This document shows, one piece after another, positions 1 to 9,227 of a stretch of 25,138 nt of DNA. Each line of letters opens with the position of its first letter. The first letter of the stretch is position 1. Below the pieces are notes generated by a model. It was not told where the DNA came from. It ran no database searches and worked only from the letters and a program-made list of their open reading frames with translations. A program made the position numbers and the translations under genes. The DNA comes from a virus (taxonomy: Duplodnaviria > Caudoviricetes): positions 1-25,138 of IMG/VR virus record IMGVR_UViG_3300020045_008678; one strand, written 5' to 3'.

Positions 1-69
1 AAAATTAGTAAAATAGAAGATTTGCCGTTATCTTGGTATGAAAAAGCTATTGAAAAACTATCAAAGTAA
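1..69 (+). CDS. 3' end of upstream gene (possibly ERF-like ssDNA-annealing protein)
   Basis: Open frame KISKIEDLPLSWYEKAIEKLSK* from window edge; function guessed from recombination-gene context only. Confidence 0.3.
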   Translation, partial: KISKIEDLPLSWYEKAIEKLSK

Positions 70-157
70 AGATATGGGAGTGTCATTTAAAAGGCATTCC
101 GTGTGTAAAATATTGTGAGAGTAAAGAAAAATATTTATGTGGAATGAATTATAAAAA

Positions 158-238
158 GTTACTTTTAGTATCACATAAATAAAATTAACATAAATAATAA
201 TCATATTTATTGACTTAATAAGTATGATTTGCAATAAT
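158..238 (+). promoter_or_regulatory. Box-class promoter 1
   Basis: GTTAC-TTTTA-GTATC (158-172), TTGACT (210-215), TG-c-AATAAT (233-238); box start to -10 = 75 bp. Confidence 0.7.
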
Positions 239-264
239 TAATAAAACAAAAAAAGGAGTTTTGA

Positions 265-1296
265 ATGGAAAAGATTTTGGTTGATGGTGAACTATATAAT
301 GCAGAGACTGGTGAACTAATAAATGAAGTTGAACAAATAGAAGTCGAAGTTATAGAGAATACTCTACCTGATATTATTTGTAACGGGGGAACTCATATTA
401 AAACAAATACTATCCAATTAAAAAAAGAACTAGCTATTTATTTAGCAAAATATGATGTTGAAGTAACAGAAGATACAGAAAAAGATTGTTCTAAAATGGC
501 AACTGAATTAAATAAACTAGCTGGAAATTTAGATAAAAAGAGAAAAGAAACTGCTACTATTATTAAAAAACCAGCAGATGAATTAAAAATAGCTATTGAT
601 GAATTAATTGCAATTGTTCAAGAAAAAAGAACTTCTATTTTAGATGGAGTAAATGTATTTAAACAAAAAAGATTTGAAACAATTAGAAATTTATTGAAAG
701 CCAGACTAAATGTTTTATATATTGATAATAAAATAAAAGAAAAATATAGAACATTAGACATTGAGCCTTTAGTAGTTGAGGGAAGTTTGGCAAAAGTTGC
801 TTTGTCTAAAAATGCAATAGAATCTTTAGAATCAATGGTTAAAAGAGTTGAATTATTACAAAGTCAAGTAGAAATAAGAACATTGGAAATTAAAATTAAA
901 TGTGATAATGCTGGATTAATTACTCCAATAGAATTGGATGAAGTTCAAAACATTATAGAAAATGAAAATTATAATGAATTAATTGAATCAATGATTAAAA
1001 AAAGACTTGAACTACAAGAGCAAGTAAAAAGACAAATGGAACAACAAGAACAAAGAAAACAAGATTTAAAAAAAGAAGAGGAGTTAAGAAAGCAACAACA
1101 AAAAGAAAATGAAGAAAAGCAACAAAAAGAAAAAGCTATTGAACAACAAAAAGAAACTGGTAAAAAGATTGTTAAATTAGTTGCAACTTTTGAAGTGGAA
1201 GTTAATGCAGATGTTGCAGACAATAAAGTATGGTCAAAATATGTAGTTGAATTACAAAAACAATTTAGTACATTTATAAATTTAGAAATAAAATAG
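265..1296 (+). CDS. DUF1351-like coiled-coil phage protein
   Basis: KY.V.VTED..K...K....LNK....LD..RK....IKKP pattern; long Q/E/K-rich coiled coil; AAGGAG RBS. Confidence 0.7.
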   Translation: MEKILVDGELYNAETGELINEVEQIEVEVIENTLPDIICNGGTHIKTNTIQLKKELAIYLAKYDVEVTEDTEKDCSKMATELNKLAGNLDKKRKETATIIKKPADELKIAIDELIAIVQEKRTSILDGVNVFKQKRFETIRNLLKARLNVLYIDNKIKEKYRTLDIEPLVVEGSLAKVALSKNAIESLESMVKRVELLQSQVEIRTLEIKIKCDNAGLITPIELDEVQNIIENENYNELIESMIKKRLELQEQVKRQMEQQEQRKQDLKKEEELRKQQQKENEEKQQKEKAIEQQKETGKKIVKLVATFEVEVNADVADNKVWSKYVVELQKQFSTFINLEIK

Positions 1297-1299
1297 TCA

Positions 1300-1737
1300 T
1301 TGTTTATGAAAATAACTCTTAAATTAGAAAATGGATATTTTATACCATACGATAAGCTAGAAAAAGATAAAATAGATAAATTAAAAGATGGGATTTATCA
1401 AGTTGAATTATCAAATTTAGACTTGAGAACATTGACACAAAATAGAGCATTTCATCTTTATTTTAATATGGTAGCAGTACAGCTTAATAATAGTGGTTTA
1501 TACATTAATAAGCTAATAAGAGAAGATAAGTATAAGGCTGATATAAACTGGTCAGGAACATTAGTTAAAGAGCAATTATGGAAGCCTATACAATTAGCTA
1601 TTTTAGATAAAAAATCTACAACTCAATTGGAGAAAATAGAAGTTGATAGAATATATAATACTTTAAATAGGTATTTATCAAATATGGGTATTAGCGTACC
1701 ATTTCCAAACGCTGAAATTAAAATAAAAAAGGATTAG
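1300..1737 (+). CDS. NinB/YbcN-like recombination accessory protein (start may be ATG 1306)
   Basis: RTLTQNRAFHLYF..VA and KSTT.L motifs resemble NinB family; next to ssb. Confidence 0.55.
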   Translation: MFMKITLKLENGYFIPYDKLEKDKIDKLKDGIYQVELSNLDLRTLTQNRAFHLYFNMVAVQLNNSGLYINKLIREDKYKADINWSGTLVKEQLWKPIQLAILDKKSTTQLEKIEVDRIYNTLNRYLSNMGISVPFPNAEIKIKKD

Positions 1738-1740
1738 AAA

Positions 1741-1863
1741 ATGCAAGATTTTATATCTTGGGTTATTAAAAATAGTAAAAATCATATTACGGGAACACAA
1801 TTAGGATTTATAACAATGGGTGCAGAGTTATATATAAAATATTTAGAGCAAATTAAAAAATAA
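1741..1863 (+). CDS. Small hypothetical protein (40 aa)
   Basis: AAGGA RBS; ATG..TAA fills the gap between two genes (MQDFISWVIKNS...). Confidence 0.5.
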   Translation: MQDFISWVIKNSKNHITGTQLGFITMGAELYIKYLEQIKK

Positions 1864-1877
1864 AAAAGGATTAAAAA

Positions 1878-2291
1878 ATGGCATTACCAATAATACAATT
1901 AGTAGGTACTTTAAAAAGAACTGGGTTAACTTATGTTCCAAGTGGAAAAGCTTTATATAAATTTCAATTAGAATGTAGCGAAAAGAATATAAAAGGTGAA
2001 TATGATAATTTATATATTAGTGGTGAACTTTGGGATAAACAAGCAGAATTTGCAAACCAATATTTTAAAGATGGAAGTGTTGCGGTAGTAACTGGAAAAT
2101 TAGTTACAAAAAGTTATGAAAAAAATGATGGAACAAAAGTATATGAAAATAAATTACTATTTCCATCTATTAGTTTTATTCCTAAAGATAAATCAGATAA
2201 TCAAGAAACTCAAATACCACAACAAAAACAAGAGCCAGCAATTGAGTATGAAACTTATAGCGAGGATATTTCAGATGTTATCCCATTTTAA
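1878..2291 (+). CDS. ssb: Single-stranded DNA-binding protein
   Basis: OB-fold motifs (W.KQAE..NQYF.DGS..VVTGKL.T.SYEK.DG) and acidic C-terminal tail ending DVIPF. Confidence 0.93.
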   Translation: MALPIIQLVGTLKRTGLTYVPSGKALYKFQLECSEKNIKGEYDNLYISGELWDKQAEFANQYFKDGSVAVVTGKLVTKSYEKNDGTKVYENKLLFPSISFIPKDKSDNQETQIPQQKQEPAIEYETYSEDISDVIPF

Positions 2292-2294
2292 AAT

Positions 2295-2375
2295 GTAACA
2301 CTAGGTAACATAAAAACAAATTTAAAGATAGATTTAGCCTAAAAACTAGATTTATCTTTTTTTATAGATTATAAT
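2295..2375 (+). promoter_or_regulatory. Box-class promoter 2
   Basis: GTAAC-ACTAG-GTAAC (2295-2309), TAGATT (2347-2352), TATAAT (2370-2375); spacing 75 bp. Confidence 0.75.
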
Positions 2376-2399
2376 TAAGAAAAAAAGAGGAGTTAAAGA

Positions 2400-2837
2400 A
2401 TGTACAAAATTGGAGATAAATTAAAATTAAGTGATAATATTACACAGTTTGGTAATTTTACACCTAATATAGATTATGAAATTGTGTCACAAAGATTACA
2501 AGATAGAAAGTTTGTTATCTTTGATAATAAAAACAATCCTGAATATTTTGATGAAAAAGAATTATCATATTATTTTGCATTAATAGAAAAAAAAGAAACA
2601 CATAGAAGTCATAATGTGGGTTCAAGTAATTATTCAAAATTAAAAATACAACCTTGGGACATTTGGAAAGAGTGGAGCTTAAATCCTTGGGACGCAGATA
2701 TCGTTAAAAGAATTGGAAGAACTAAATCTATTCCAAATATGACAAAGCAAGAAGCTAGAATAGAAGATTATGAGAAAATAATACATAACTGTGAAGAAAG
2801 AATACATCAATTAAAAGAAGAAATGAATGAATACTAA
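2400..2837 (+). CDS. DUF3310/SaV-like (T7 gp1.7-related) domain protein
   Basis: C-terminal HNVGSSNY...KIQPWDIW....LNPWDADIVKR..R...IEDYEKIIH motif. Confidence 0.65.
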   Translation: MYKIGDKLKLSDNITQFGNFTPNIDYEIVSQRLQDRKFVIFDNKNNPEYFDEKELSYYFALIEKKETHRSHNVGSSNYSKLKIQPWDIWKEWSLNPWDADIVKRIGRTKSIPNMTKQEARIEDYEKIIHNCEERIHQLKEEMNEY

Positions 2838-3234
2838 ATCAATCTTATATCATTTACTATTAAGTTACTCATTAAAAGAATTAATAGACGGAAGTATTTA
2901 CCATTGCAAAATAGACTATAAAGCAATTAAAAAATCAAGTGATAGCATTTTGACTAGCTTTAAAAAACAAGCTACTCCACGACAGATGGACGATATAAAA
3001 AGACTATTAAAGTTAATTAATGAGAAGTCGCAAGATTTAAATAGGGTATCTTGGGAAATGATGGCTATTATAGCTATTAACTGGTTGGTAAATGAAGAGC
3101 AAGAGACTATGGCTAAAAGTAGATTTATGCATTTACCTATATATACAATTATGGATAAGTTTAATAAATCTTACAAAGAAGATTTCAATAGACATTGTGA
3201 CTTTTTTGAGTCAATCGTTGAAAATATAAAATAA
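2827..3234 (+). CDS. Hypothetical protein
   Basis: 135 aa ORF overlapping the upstream gene. Confidence 0.7.
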   Translation: MNTKSILYHLLLSYSLKELIDGSIYHCKIDYKAIKKSSDSILTSFKKQATPRQMDDIKRLLKLINEKSQDLNRVSWEMMAIIAINWLVNEEQETMAKSRFMHLPIYTIMDKFNKSYKEDFNRHCDFFESIVENIK

Positions 3235-3245
3235 AAAGGAAAAAA

Positions 3246-3731
3246 ATGTTAAATGAATGTTTAAATTTAATAAATACAAAAATAAAAGTTAAAGGAGAAG
3301 ATAAAACTTTAACAGAAAATTTAAAAGTTTGGAGAAAAGAAAGAAATATATCAAAAGCTGATTATTTAGTTTTTGTTGGTAATATTTTAGAAGAGCTATT
3401 GGAAGTTACTTATACAAAAAATGAAATTGAAGCAATAAAAAATGAAATTATAGATAGATATTTTTTCAGACCTATTGGAACTATTAATGAGTTAGATATT
3501 GTTGATACAATAAAAGATATAAAAGTATTTTGTGTAAATGAAACTGAACTTATGGGTTATGATGATGTAAAAACAGATAATGAAGTATTTAAGCATATTA
3601 ATTGTAGAAAACAAAATCCTATTCAAAAAGAACAATGGGAAAAATTAGGAGCTTTTGGAAAATGGGAAAAAGATAGACAACAAAATCAAGATGAAATTTA
3701 TCAACCTAATTATGAAAGTTGCAAATTATGA
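3246..3731 (+). CDS. MazG-like/PRA-PH-like all-alpha NTP pyrophosphohydrolase
   Basis: EELLE...VDTIKD..V...MGYD...EV...I..R...GK..K...YQPNY..C pattern. Confidence 0.6.
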   Translation: MLNECLNLINTKIKVKGEDKTLTENLKVWRKERNISKADYLVFVGNILEELLEVTYTKNEIEAIKNEIIDRYFFRPIGTINELDIVDTIKDIKVFCVNETELMGYDDVKTDNEVFKHINCRKQNPIQKEQWEKLGAFGKWEKDRQQNQDEIYQPNYESCKL

Positions 3732-3871
3732 TGGAAAACAAAGAACCAAACTTATATTTTAAAACATATTCACCAATAATCGCAATACTAATTGTATTCA
3801 TTATTGGATATGGTTTCTTTTCATTTGTATCTGATAGTATTGATTTTATTGCAACAAATTATATTAAATAG
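3728..3871 (+). CDS. Small membrane protein (47 aa)
   Basis: ATGA overlap with upstream stop; hydrophobic IIAILIVFIIGYGFFSFV. Confidence 0.6.
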   Translation: MMENKEPNLYFKTYSPIIAILIVFIIGYGFFSFVSDSIDFIATNYIK

Positions 3872-3951
3872 TTACAAAAATACACACTAAAGCAAAATAA
3901 ATCTAAAAATATTAACTTATTATTGATTATTTTGTTGAGGTATGTAATAAT
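3871..3951 (+). promoter_or_regulatory. Box-class promoter 3
   Basis: GTTAC-AAAAA-TACAC (3871-3885), TTGATT (3923-3928), TG-t-AATAAT (3946-3951); spacing 75 bp. Confidence 0.75.
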
Positions 3952-3979
3952 TGAGGTAAGAAAAAAAGAGGAGATTTAA

Positions 3980-4072
3980 ATGAAAGAACAAATTAGAAAA
4001 CAAAAAATTAAGATACTAAAAAGATTAATGGCTTTAAATAAAGAATATCAATCTTTAGTTAAGTATTATTAG
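3980..4072 (+). CDS. Small basic peptide (30 aa)
   Basis: GAGGAG RBS directly after promoter 3; MKEQIRKQKIKILKRLMALNKEYQSLVKYY*. Confidence 0.55.
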   Translation: MKEQIRKQKIKILKRLMALNKEYQSLVKYY

Positions 4073-4081
4073 GAGTTTAAA

Positions 4082-4270
4082 ATGAAAAATCAAAATATAA
4101 AAGAGCTTATATCTAAAGTTGAAAAAATAATGGAAGATAATAATTGTAGATTATATGATAGTGATATTTTAAAAGCTGTTAAAAGTGCTACCTTTGATTA
4201 TAATGTAGTTGACGGATATAAAAATATAAGTATCAATTTTAATGAATTAATACAATTTAATAAAGGGTAA
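4082..4270 (+). CDS. Hypothetical protein
   Basis: AGGAG RBS; 62 aa. Confidence 0.65.
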   Translation: MKNQNIKELISKVEKIMEDNNCRLYDSDILKAVKSATFDYNVVDGYKNISINFNELIQFNKG

Positions 4271-4548
4271 TGATGAAAAATGATTTAATATTTGTAGGAT
4301 TAGTTTTAGTAGCTATTTGTTTCAGTTTAGAAAGCTACCAGAACAATCAAGAACTGAAAAGGATACATAAGTTAGTCGAAGTTGAAAGAACAGCTAAAAT
4401 TGAAGCTATGAGGTTAGCTATTGATATAAACAATACTTTAGCGATACACAGAGAAATGAATTTATCTTTAAATGTTGAGATTGATAGCTTAATGAATCAA
4501 ATTAACGAAAATAAAGAGTTAGACAAATTAAAAAAGGATTTACGGTAA
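4270..4548 (+). CDS. N-terminal TM/signal plus coiled-coil protein (possibly N-half of the transglycosylase gene)
   Basis: LIFVGLVLVAICFSL hydrophobic segment followed by helical heptads. Confidence 0.65.
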   Translation: MMKNDLIFVGLVLVAICFSLESYQNNQELKRIHKLVEVERTAKIEAMRLAIDINNTLAIHREMNLSLNVEIDSLMNQINENKELDKLKKDLR

Positions 4549-4855
4549 TGTAGATAATAAAAAGCTTGTATTAGCTTTAGCATTCACCGAGTCAAGTCTT
4601 AATTATAAAGTAAAACATAAAAATGATGTAGCAAAAGGAATATGTGGAGTAGTTCCAAAATTTCATAAAGAGTTATTAAAAGAAAATAATGTAAAGATTA
4701 ATAGCCTGAAGGCTTGTGAAGTTATTTATAATTACTATTTAGAGTTAAATAATGGTAATAAAATTGCAGCACTTAAAGACTATAAAGGAATTGAGTCAAA
4801 ATCAAATATGTATTTGGTTTATAAAGTTATAGAAAATGAGGAAAAGATAAAATGA
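4532..4855 (+). pseudogene. SLT-like lytic transglycosylase reading frame lacking a canonical start at its 5' end
   Basis: Open frame KRIYGNVDNKKLVLALAFTESSLN...AKGICGV...ALKDYKG...IK*; catalytic ES motif; stop overlaps next ATG (ATGA). Confidence 0.65.
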
Positions 4856-5043
4856 TAAAAACAATAACAAAACAACAATTTAGAGATATGTCAATTCCAA
4901 CAATTGATAAAGAAAATAAAGCTATTGAAGCTAAAATGGAGTTGTTTCCAGTAAATAAAGGTACTATCAACGGAAATGTTTATAGTATTGAAGTAAAAGA
5001 GTATGAAGATGAAGTTATATTAACTAAAATTGGGAGCAAATAA
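4852..5043 (+). CDS. Hypothetical protein
   Basis: GAGG RBS; coupled to neighbours. Confidence 0.65.
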   Translation: MIKTITKQQFRDMSIPTIDKENKAIEAKMELFPVNKGTINGNVYSIEVKEYEDEVILTKIGSK

Positions 5044-5309
5044 TGAAAGCAATAGAAATATTAAAGCATTATGTTCATAGCATTGTTCCAATAGAATATT
5101 CACCTACTTTCGTAAGTGAAGCAATAAAAGAACTTGAAGAATTAAAAGAAAGAATACTACATTTAGAAAGTATTGAAACAGATATGATTATGAAAGAAAA
5201 TAGAAGTTGCATAGGTTGCGTTAATTCAATAAAAAGCAATAGTCAATATTGTATATCATGTTCAATACAATATCAAGACAACTTTAAAATTATAAAAAAT
5301 AAGCAATAA
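5043..5309 (+). CDS. Hypothetical protein with CxxC...CxxC putative Zn site
   Basis: CIGC and CISC motifs; TAATG coupling. Confidence 0.65.
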   Translation: MKAIEILKHYVHSIVPIEYSPTFVSEAIKELEELKERILHLESIETDMIMKENRSCIGCVNSIKSNSQYCISCSIQYQDNFKIIKNKQ

Positions 5310-5355
5310 ATAACTAACTTTTAGCTATAATTATCCTAATTTAAAAAGGAGAGTT

Positions 5356-5757
5356 ATGGAACAATATTACGAAGTATTAGAACTAATGAAATATGATTTA
5401 GATTTAGTATCTTATGTAATATCACACCATAGCGAAATTAAAGACAAAAATAAAATCTTAAAGAAGTTAGAAAAATATGAAGTCAAAGAGTTCTTAGAGA
5501 TATTCAATGTAATATTAGAGAATAAAGATGATGCACTTTTAATAGCTAATATGATTGAGTTTAAAAGCGAGATTGATTATATTAGATACTTGAAAGATAA
5601 GCTAATCTTGAATGATGTTTTATTTGCTAATTGGGAAAAGAAAAAAGTAGTTAGAAATAAATCGCAAGTTATTAAGAAAAGTAAGCCAAAGAGTAAAAAG
5701 AGAAGAGTGATTAAGAAAGTAGTTTGTAATAAAAATTTATTAGATTTTATGGAGTAG
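5356..5757 (+). CDS. Hypothetical protein with basic C-terminus
   Basis: Own TATAAT (5326-5331) and AAGGGAG RBS. Confidence 0.7.
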   Translation: MEQYYEVLELMKYDLDLVSYVISHHSEIKDKNKILKKLEKYEVKEFLEIFNVILENKDDALLIANMIEFKSEIDYIRYLKDKLILNDVLFANWEKKKVVRNKSQVIKKSKPKSKKRRVIKKVVCNKNLLDFME

Positions 5758-5761
5758 AAAA

Positions 5762-6172
5762 ATGACAATAGAAGATTTAAAAATAAGCAATGAAGTGTTA
5801 CATTCAAAATATATAGAATTAGAACAAAAGTTGCAAAAGAAAAATGAGATATTAAAAAAAGCTAGAATAAAAAGAAAAAATCAAAGAGAAGAGTTACATA
5901 AGTTAAATCTTAAATTACAAAAGTGTATTAGTTTAGAAAAATATAATGAAATAGTAGATGAACTAAAAAAAGATATTGATTTAAAAAATGAAATAATAAG
6001 AGAATTGGAAGCAGAAAATATAGAAATGGGAAAATTAGTTAATCTTAATAAGAGTGCATTAGGATTAATGGGGGCAACAAAAGATTTATCTATATGTAGA
6101 GTTGAGGAACAACAAAAAGAAATAGAAAAGCTAAAAGCAGTTATTGAGTATTTAGAGAGTAAAGTAAAATGA
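5762..6172 (+). CDS. Coiled-coil hypothetical protein
   Basis: GGAG RBS; K/E/L heptads. Confidence 0.7.
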   Translation: MTIEDLKISNEVLHSKYIELEQKLQKKNEILKKARIKRKNQREELHKLNLKLQKCISLEKYNEIVDELKKDIDLKNEIIRELEAENIEMGKLVNLNKSALGLMGATKDLSICRVEEQQKEIEKLKAVIEYLESKVK

Positions 6173-6381
6173 ATATAAAAATAAAAGATACTAAAGAAAT
6201 ACAAACTGAAATTAAAAACAAGATAGATGAATGTATTTCTTTTTTAGAAAACTGTAATGAAGATGAATTAATAGGAAGATTATATAGCCTTGAATCAAAA
6301 ATACAAAATGATGATATGAAGTCAGGATTAGAATTATCTATACTAACTTATATTATGCACGAATGTGTAGATGGTATATAA
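6169..6381 (+). CDS. Hypothetical protein
   Basis: ATGA overlap; 70 aa. Confidence 0.6.
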   Translation: MNIKIKDTKEIQTEIKNKIDECISFLENCNEDELIGRLYSLESKIQNDDMKSGLELSILTYIMHECVDGI

Positions 6382-6491
6382 TGAAAAAACTAATATCAGC
6401 TTCATTTATAGTATTTCTAAAGATATTTGAACCGATAAGAAGTAATGGAAGTATTAAGATTAGTGAAAGATTTGATTTAAAGGGGAAATAA
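6381..6491 (+). CDS. Small hypothetical protein (36 aa)
   Basis: TAATG coupling at both ends (MKKLISASFIVFLKIFEPI...). Confidence 0.5.
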   Translation: MKKLISASFIVFLKIFEPIRSNGSIKISERFDLKGK

Positions 6492-6679
6492 TGTTTGGAT
6501 TTTATACTAAAAAAGAAGTAAAAGAATTAGTTGAAAGCAGAAGTCATTATATAAGAGCTTATACGCAATTAGATATGGAATATACAAAAACAATAAGAGA
6601 AAATAACAAACTAAGAAAAACTATTTTAGAACTAGAAAGTAAACCACCAAAAACAATTATAAAATATGTTAAAAGGTAA
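6491..6679 (+). CDS. Hypothetical protein
   Basis: AGGGG RBS; 62 aa. Confidence 0.6.
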   Translation: MFGFYTKKEVKELVESRSHYIRAYTQLDMEYTKTIRENNKLRKTILELESKPPKTIIKYVKR

Positions 6680-6682
6680 TTA

Positions 6683-7192
6683 ATGGCAATAGATAAGAGT
6701 ATATGGGCTAAAATAAAAGCTGATTATGAAGCTGGAAATATAGAAGAAGATAAAGCCTTTACTCAACTATCAGTTATATACAAAGTAGATAGAACAACTA
6801 TAACTAAAAAAGCTAAAAAAGAAGATTGGATATATGGAAAAAATCACGGAATAATCACATTAGAAAGTTCGACAATAAAGGACTTTCAAGAATTACAAAA
6901 TAAAAAATCACATTTAAATCACACTGAATTAAAAGCAGTTGAAAAAGGTGTAAAAAGAGAGCTAGAAAAAGAGGGAATAAATACTAATACTTTTCATTTA
7001 GCACAAATAATACAATCTCAATTAATAGAGGCAGTACCGCTTATGAAAATAGATGATTTAAAGCCTAAAGATATAACAAGTGCAATGAAAGATATACACG
7101 ATATGGTTAATCCAAAAGTTGATACAAACATTAGAGTAGATAATAACAATACTAATCAAGAAGTAAAACAAATTCAAATTGTAGTTGAATAA
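6683..7192 (+). CDS. terS: Terminase small subunit
   Basis: W..IKADYEAG...HTH (LS..YKVDRTTITKKAKKEDW); coupled directly upstream of TerL. Confidence 0.8.
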   Translation: MAIDKSIWAKIKADYEAGNIEEDKAFTQLSVIYKVDRTTITKKAKKEDWIYGKNHGIITLESSTIKDFQELQNKKSHLNHTELKAVEKGVKRELEKEGINTNTFHLAQIIQSQLIEAVPLMKIDDLKPKDITSAMKDIHDMVNPKVDTNIRVDNNNTNQEVKQIQIVVE

Positions 7193-8430
7193 TGACAATA
7201 ACACTTAATCGAAAGCAAATGGATTTTCTAAAATCTACTGCTATAAATACTGGATTTGTAGCTGGACTAGGTTCTGGAAAGTCTTACATTGCTACACTTA
7301 AAACAATACTTAAAAAAATCAATCACCCTGAACTAACAGTAGCTTATTATTTGCCCACTTATGGATTAATTAGAGATATAGCCTTTGATAAATTTCCTAG
7401 TATGTTATCCGAGATGGGATATGAATATAAATTAAATAAATCAGATAAAGAAATACACATTAAAGATTATGGAAAGATTATATTCCGTTCAATGGATAAT
7501 CCAGAAACAATAGTAGGTTATGAAGTATTTTATTCAATAATAGATGAGTGTGATATTTTACCTCAGGATAAAATGACTATTGCATACAATAAGATAATGG
7601 CTAGGAATAGGCAAAAGTGTATGAAAGGCACTATTAATCAGATTGATGTTGCTTCAACTCCAGAGGGTTTTAAATGGTTCTATAAAAGATATGTAGAGCA
7701 ATTTAATAAAGAAACAGATTTATTAGTAAGAGCTTCAACCTATGAAAATAAGCATTTACCACCTCAATACATTACTAACTTAGAGCAACAATATCCACCT
7801 AATCTATTAAAAGCATATCTAAATGGCGAATTTGTAAACCTATCAAGTGCAAATGTATATTCATATTTCAATAGAGAAACTCATCACTCAAATATTGAAG
7901 CAACAGACAATGAAACTTTATTTATCGGTCAAGATTTTAACTATAACTCTTGCGTGAGTATTATATTTGTAAGAAGAGAAAATCATTTTATCGCAGTAGA
8001 TGAGATAATATCTAAAGATACTAAATCCGTAGTCGATAATCTTAAATATCAATATCCGAATAACTACAAGATTATCTATCCCGATGCTTCTGGAAAGAAT
8101 AACAAAACAAGTGCTGCTGAAACAGATATTGCAATATTAAGAAATGCTGGATTTACTGTATATGTAAATAATTCCAACCCTTATGTAAAAGATAGAGTAA
8201 ACATTGCTAATAACTGTTTTGATAAAATGAAAGTATTAGTTAATACGAATAGATGCAAAAGACTAACCGAATCATTAGAACAACAAGCTTATGACATTAG
8301 AACGGGGGAGCCTGAAAAGTCAAATGAGCACCCATCAAAAGATGACTTTAACGATGCCTTTGGATATTTCTTAGCTTATGAGTTCCCTATAACTCAAAGA
8401 CACTCAACAGCTAAATTAATGGGTATTTAG
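7192..8430 (+). CDS. terL: Terminase large subunit
   Basis: Walker A AGLGSGKS, Walker B IIDE, STPEG, nuclease GQDFN, PDASG and DDFNDA motifs. Confidence 0.96.
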   Translation: MTITLNRKQMDFLKSTAINTGFVAGLGSGKSYIATLKTILKKINHPELTVAYYLPTYGLIRDIAFDKFPSMLSEMGYEYKLNKSDKEIHIKDYGKIIFRSMDNPETIVGYEVFYSIIDECDILPQDKMTIAYNKIMARNRQKCMKGTINQIDVASTPEGFKWFYKRYVEQFNKETDLLVRASTYENKHLPPQYITNLEQQYPPNLLKAYLNGEFVNLSSANVYSYFNRETHHSNIEATDNETLFIGQDFNYNSCVSIIFVRRENHFIAVDEIISKDTKSVVDNLKYQYPNNYKIIYPDASGKNNKTSAAETDIAILRNAGFTVYVNNSNPYVKDRVNIANNCFDKMKVLVNTNRCKRLTESLEQQAYDIRTGEPEKSNEHPSKDDFNDAFGYFLAYEFPITQRHSTAKLMGI

Positions 8431-8460
8431 ATATAATTTGATAAATTAAAAGGGGTTTGA

Positions 8461-8724
8461 ATAAAAGTAATAGATAAATATAAAGAAATAATATCACTTC
8501 AAAACAAGTTTAAAAATATAACAGTTGAATTTTTACTATTTGATAATTTTACTTTTACTAAACAATTTAAAAATGAAGATGAAGTAATGTCTTTTATGGA
8601 AAAAGAATATTATATTTTAAAATGCGAATGTTTAGAAAAAAGTAGAAAAGAGCTTAATAGAAAAATAGATAATCAAAGGAATCAACTATTTAATTTGAAT
8701 AAAGCTTATAATAAATTAAAATAG
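8461..8724 (+). CDS. Accessory ORF with apparent ATA start (87 aa) or start-mutated pseudogene
   Basis: TATAAT 8432-8437 and AAGGGG RBS, then ATA AAA GTA...; frame open to TAG 8722-8724. Confidence 0.5.
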   Translation: MKVIDKYKEIISLQNKFKNITVEFLLFDNFTFTKQFKNEDEVMSFMEKEYYILKCECLEKSRKELNRKIDNQRNQLFNLNKAYNKLK

Positions 8725-8804
8725 TTACCAATGTACACACTAAAACAAATTTATCTTTGGTTTTGTGTGAATTGTTTGGAGTTTTGATTGTTGTGTGGTA
8801 TAGT
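8724..8804 (+). promoter_or_regulatory. Box-class promoter 4
   Basis: GTTAC-CAATG-TACAC (8724-8738), TG-g-TATAGT (8799-8804); spacing 75 bp. Confidence 0.75.
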
Positions 8805-8829
8805 TAAATAAAAAATGAGGAGTTTTACA

Positions 8830-9171
8830 ATGGAAATATCAAAAGAACTATTAAGTGAAGTATTAGAAAATGAAGTAGTAAAATTTGAAATTGTATCAAC
8901 TAAAAGAATTACACAAATTAGGATTTGGTATAAAAATACTAAATGGCATATGTATGAAAGTTGGGATATTTATCATTTAGCTTATAAATGTAAAGAATTG
9001 GCATTTAAAAATCACAAGATAATAATTAACAGTAGAACAACATCAAAAACTAAACCAATTAATGGATATGCAGAAATAATAAAAAATTGCGATTATTTAT
9101 ATGGAGATTATGCAGATACCGAAATTGAAGCAATATTTAAAGCTTGTCAATGGATATTAGACAATAAATAA
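8830..9171 (+). CDS. Interleaved paralog family member A
   Basis: GAGGAG RBS before ATG 8830; blocks ISKELLSEVL / IYHLAYKCKELA / YADTEIEAIFKACQWIL. Confidence 0.8.
   Translation: MEISKELLSEVLENEVVKFEIVSTKRITQIRIWYKNTKWHMYESWDIYHLAYKCKELAFKNHKIIINSRTTSKTKPINGYAEIIKNCDYLYGDYADTEIEAIFKACQWILDNK
9127..9161 (+). repeat. 35-bp inverted repeat, left arm
   Basis: GAAGCAATATTTAAAGCTTGTCAATGGATATTAGA is the exact reverse complement of 10664-10698. Confidence 0.9.
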
Positions 9172-9227
9172 TATAAATAACTAACCACTCCCACAAATAG
9201 GATATAATTATCTAAAAAAGGATAACT

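Noticed and set aside
77-100. Hairpin GGAGTGTC/GGCATTCC as terminator
   Set aside because: Two G-U pairs and no U tract; support too weak
1020-1160. Repetitive CAA/GAA/AAA-rich stretch
   Set aside because: Explained by Q/E/K low-complexity coiled-coil coding
1294-1302. TAG in frame with the next ORF, suggesting stop-codon reassignment
   Set aside because: Conserved genes have no internal TAG, and TerL, cement and adaptor end at TAG at expected lengths
4530-4536. A AAA AAG as a -1 frameshift into the transglycosylase frame
   Set aside because: The -1 frame stops at TAG 4551-4553; the transglycosylase is in the +1 frame
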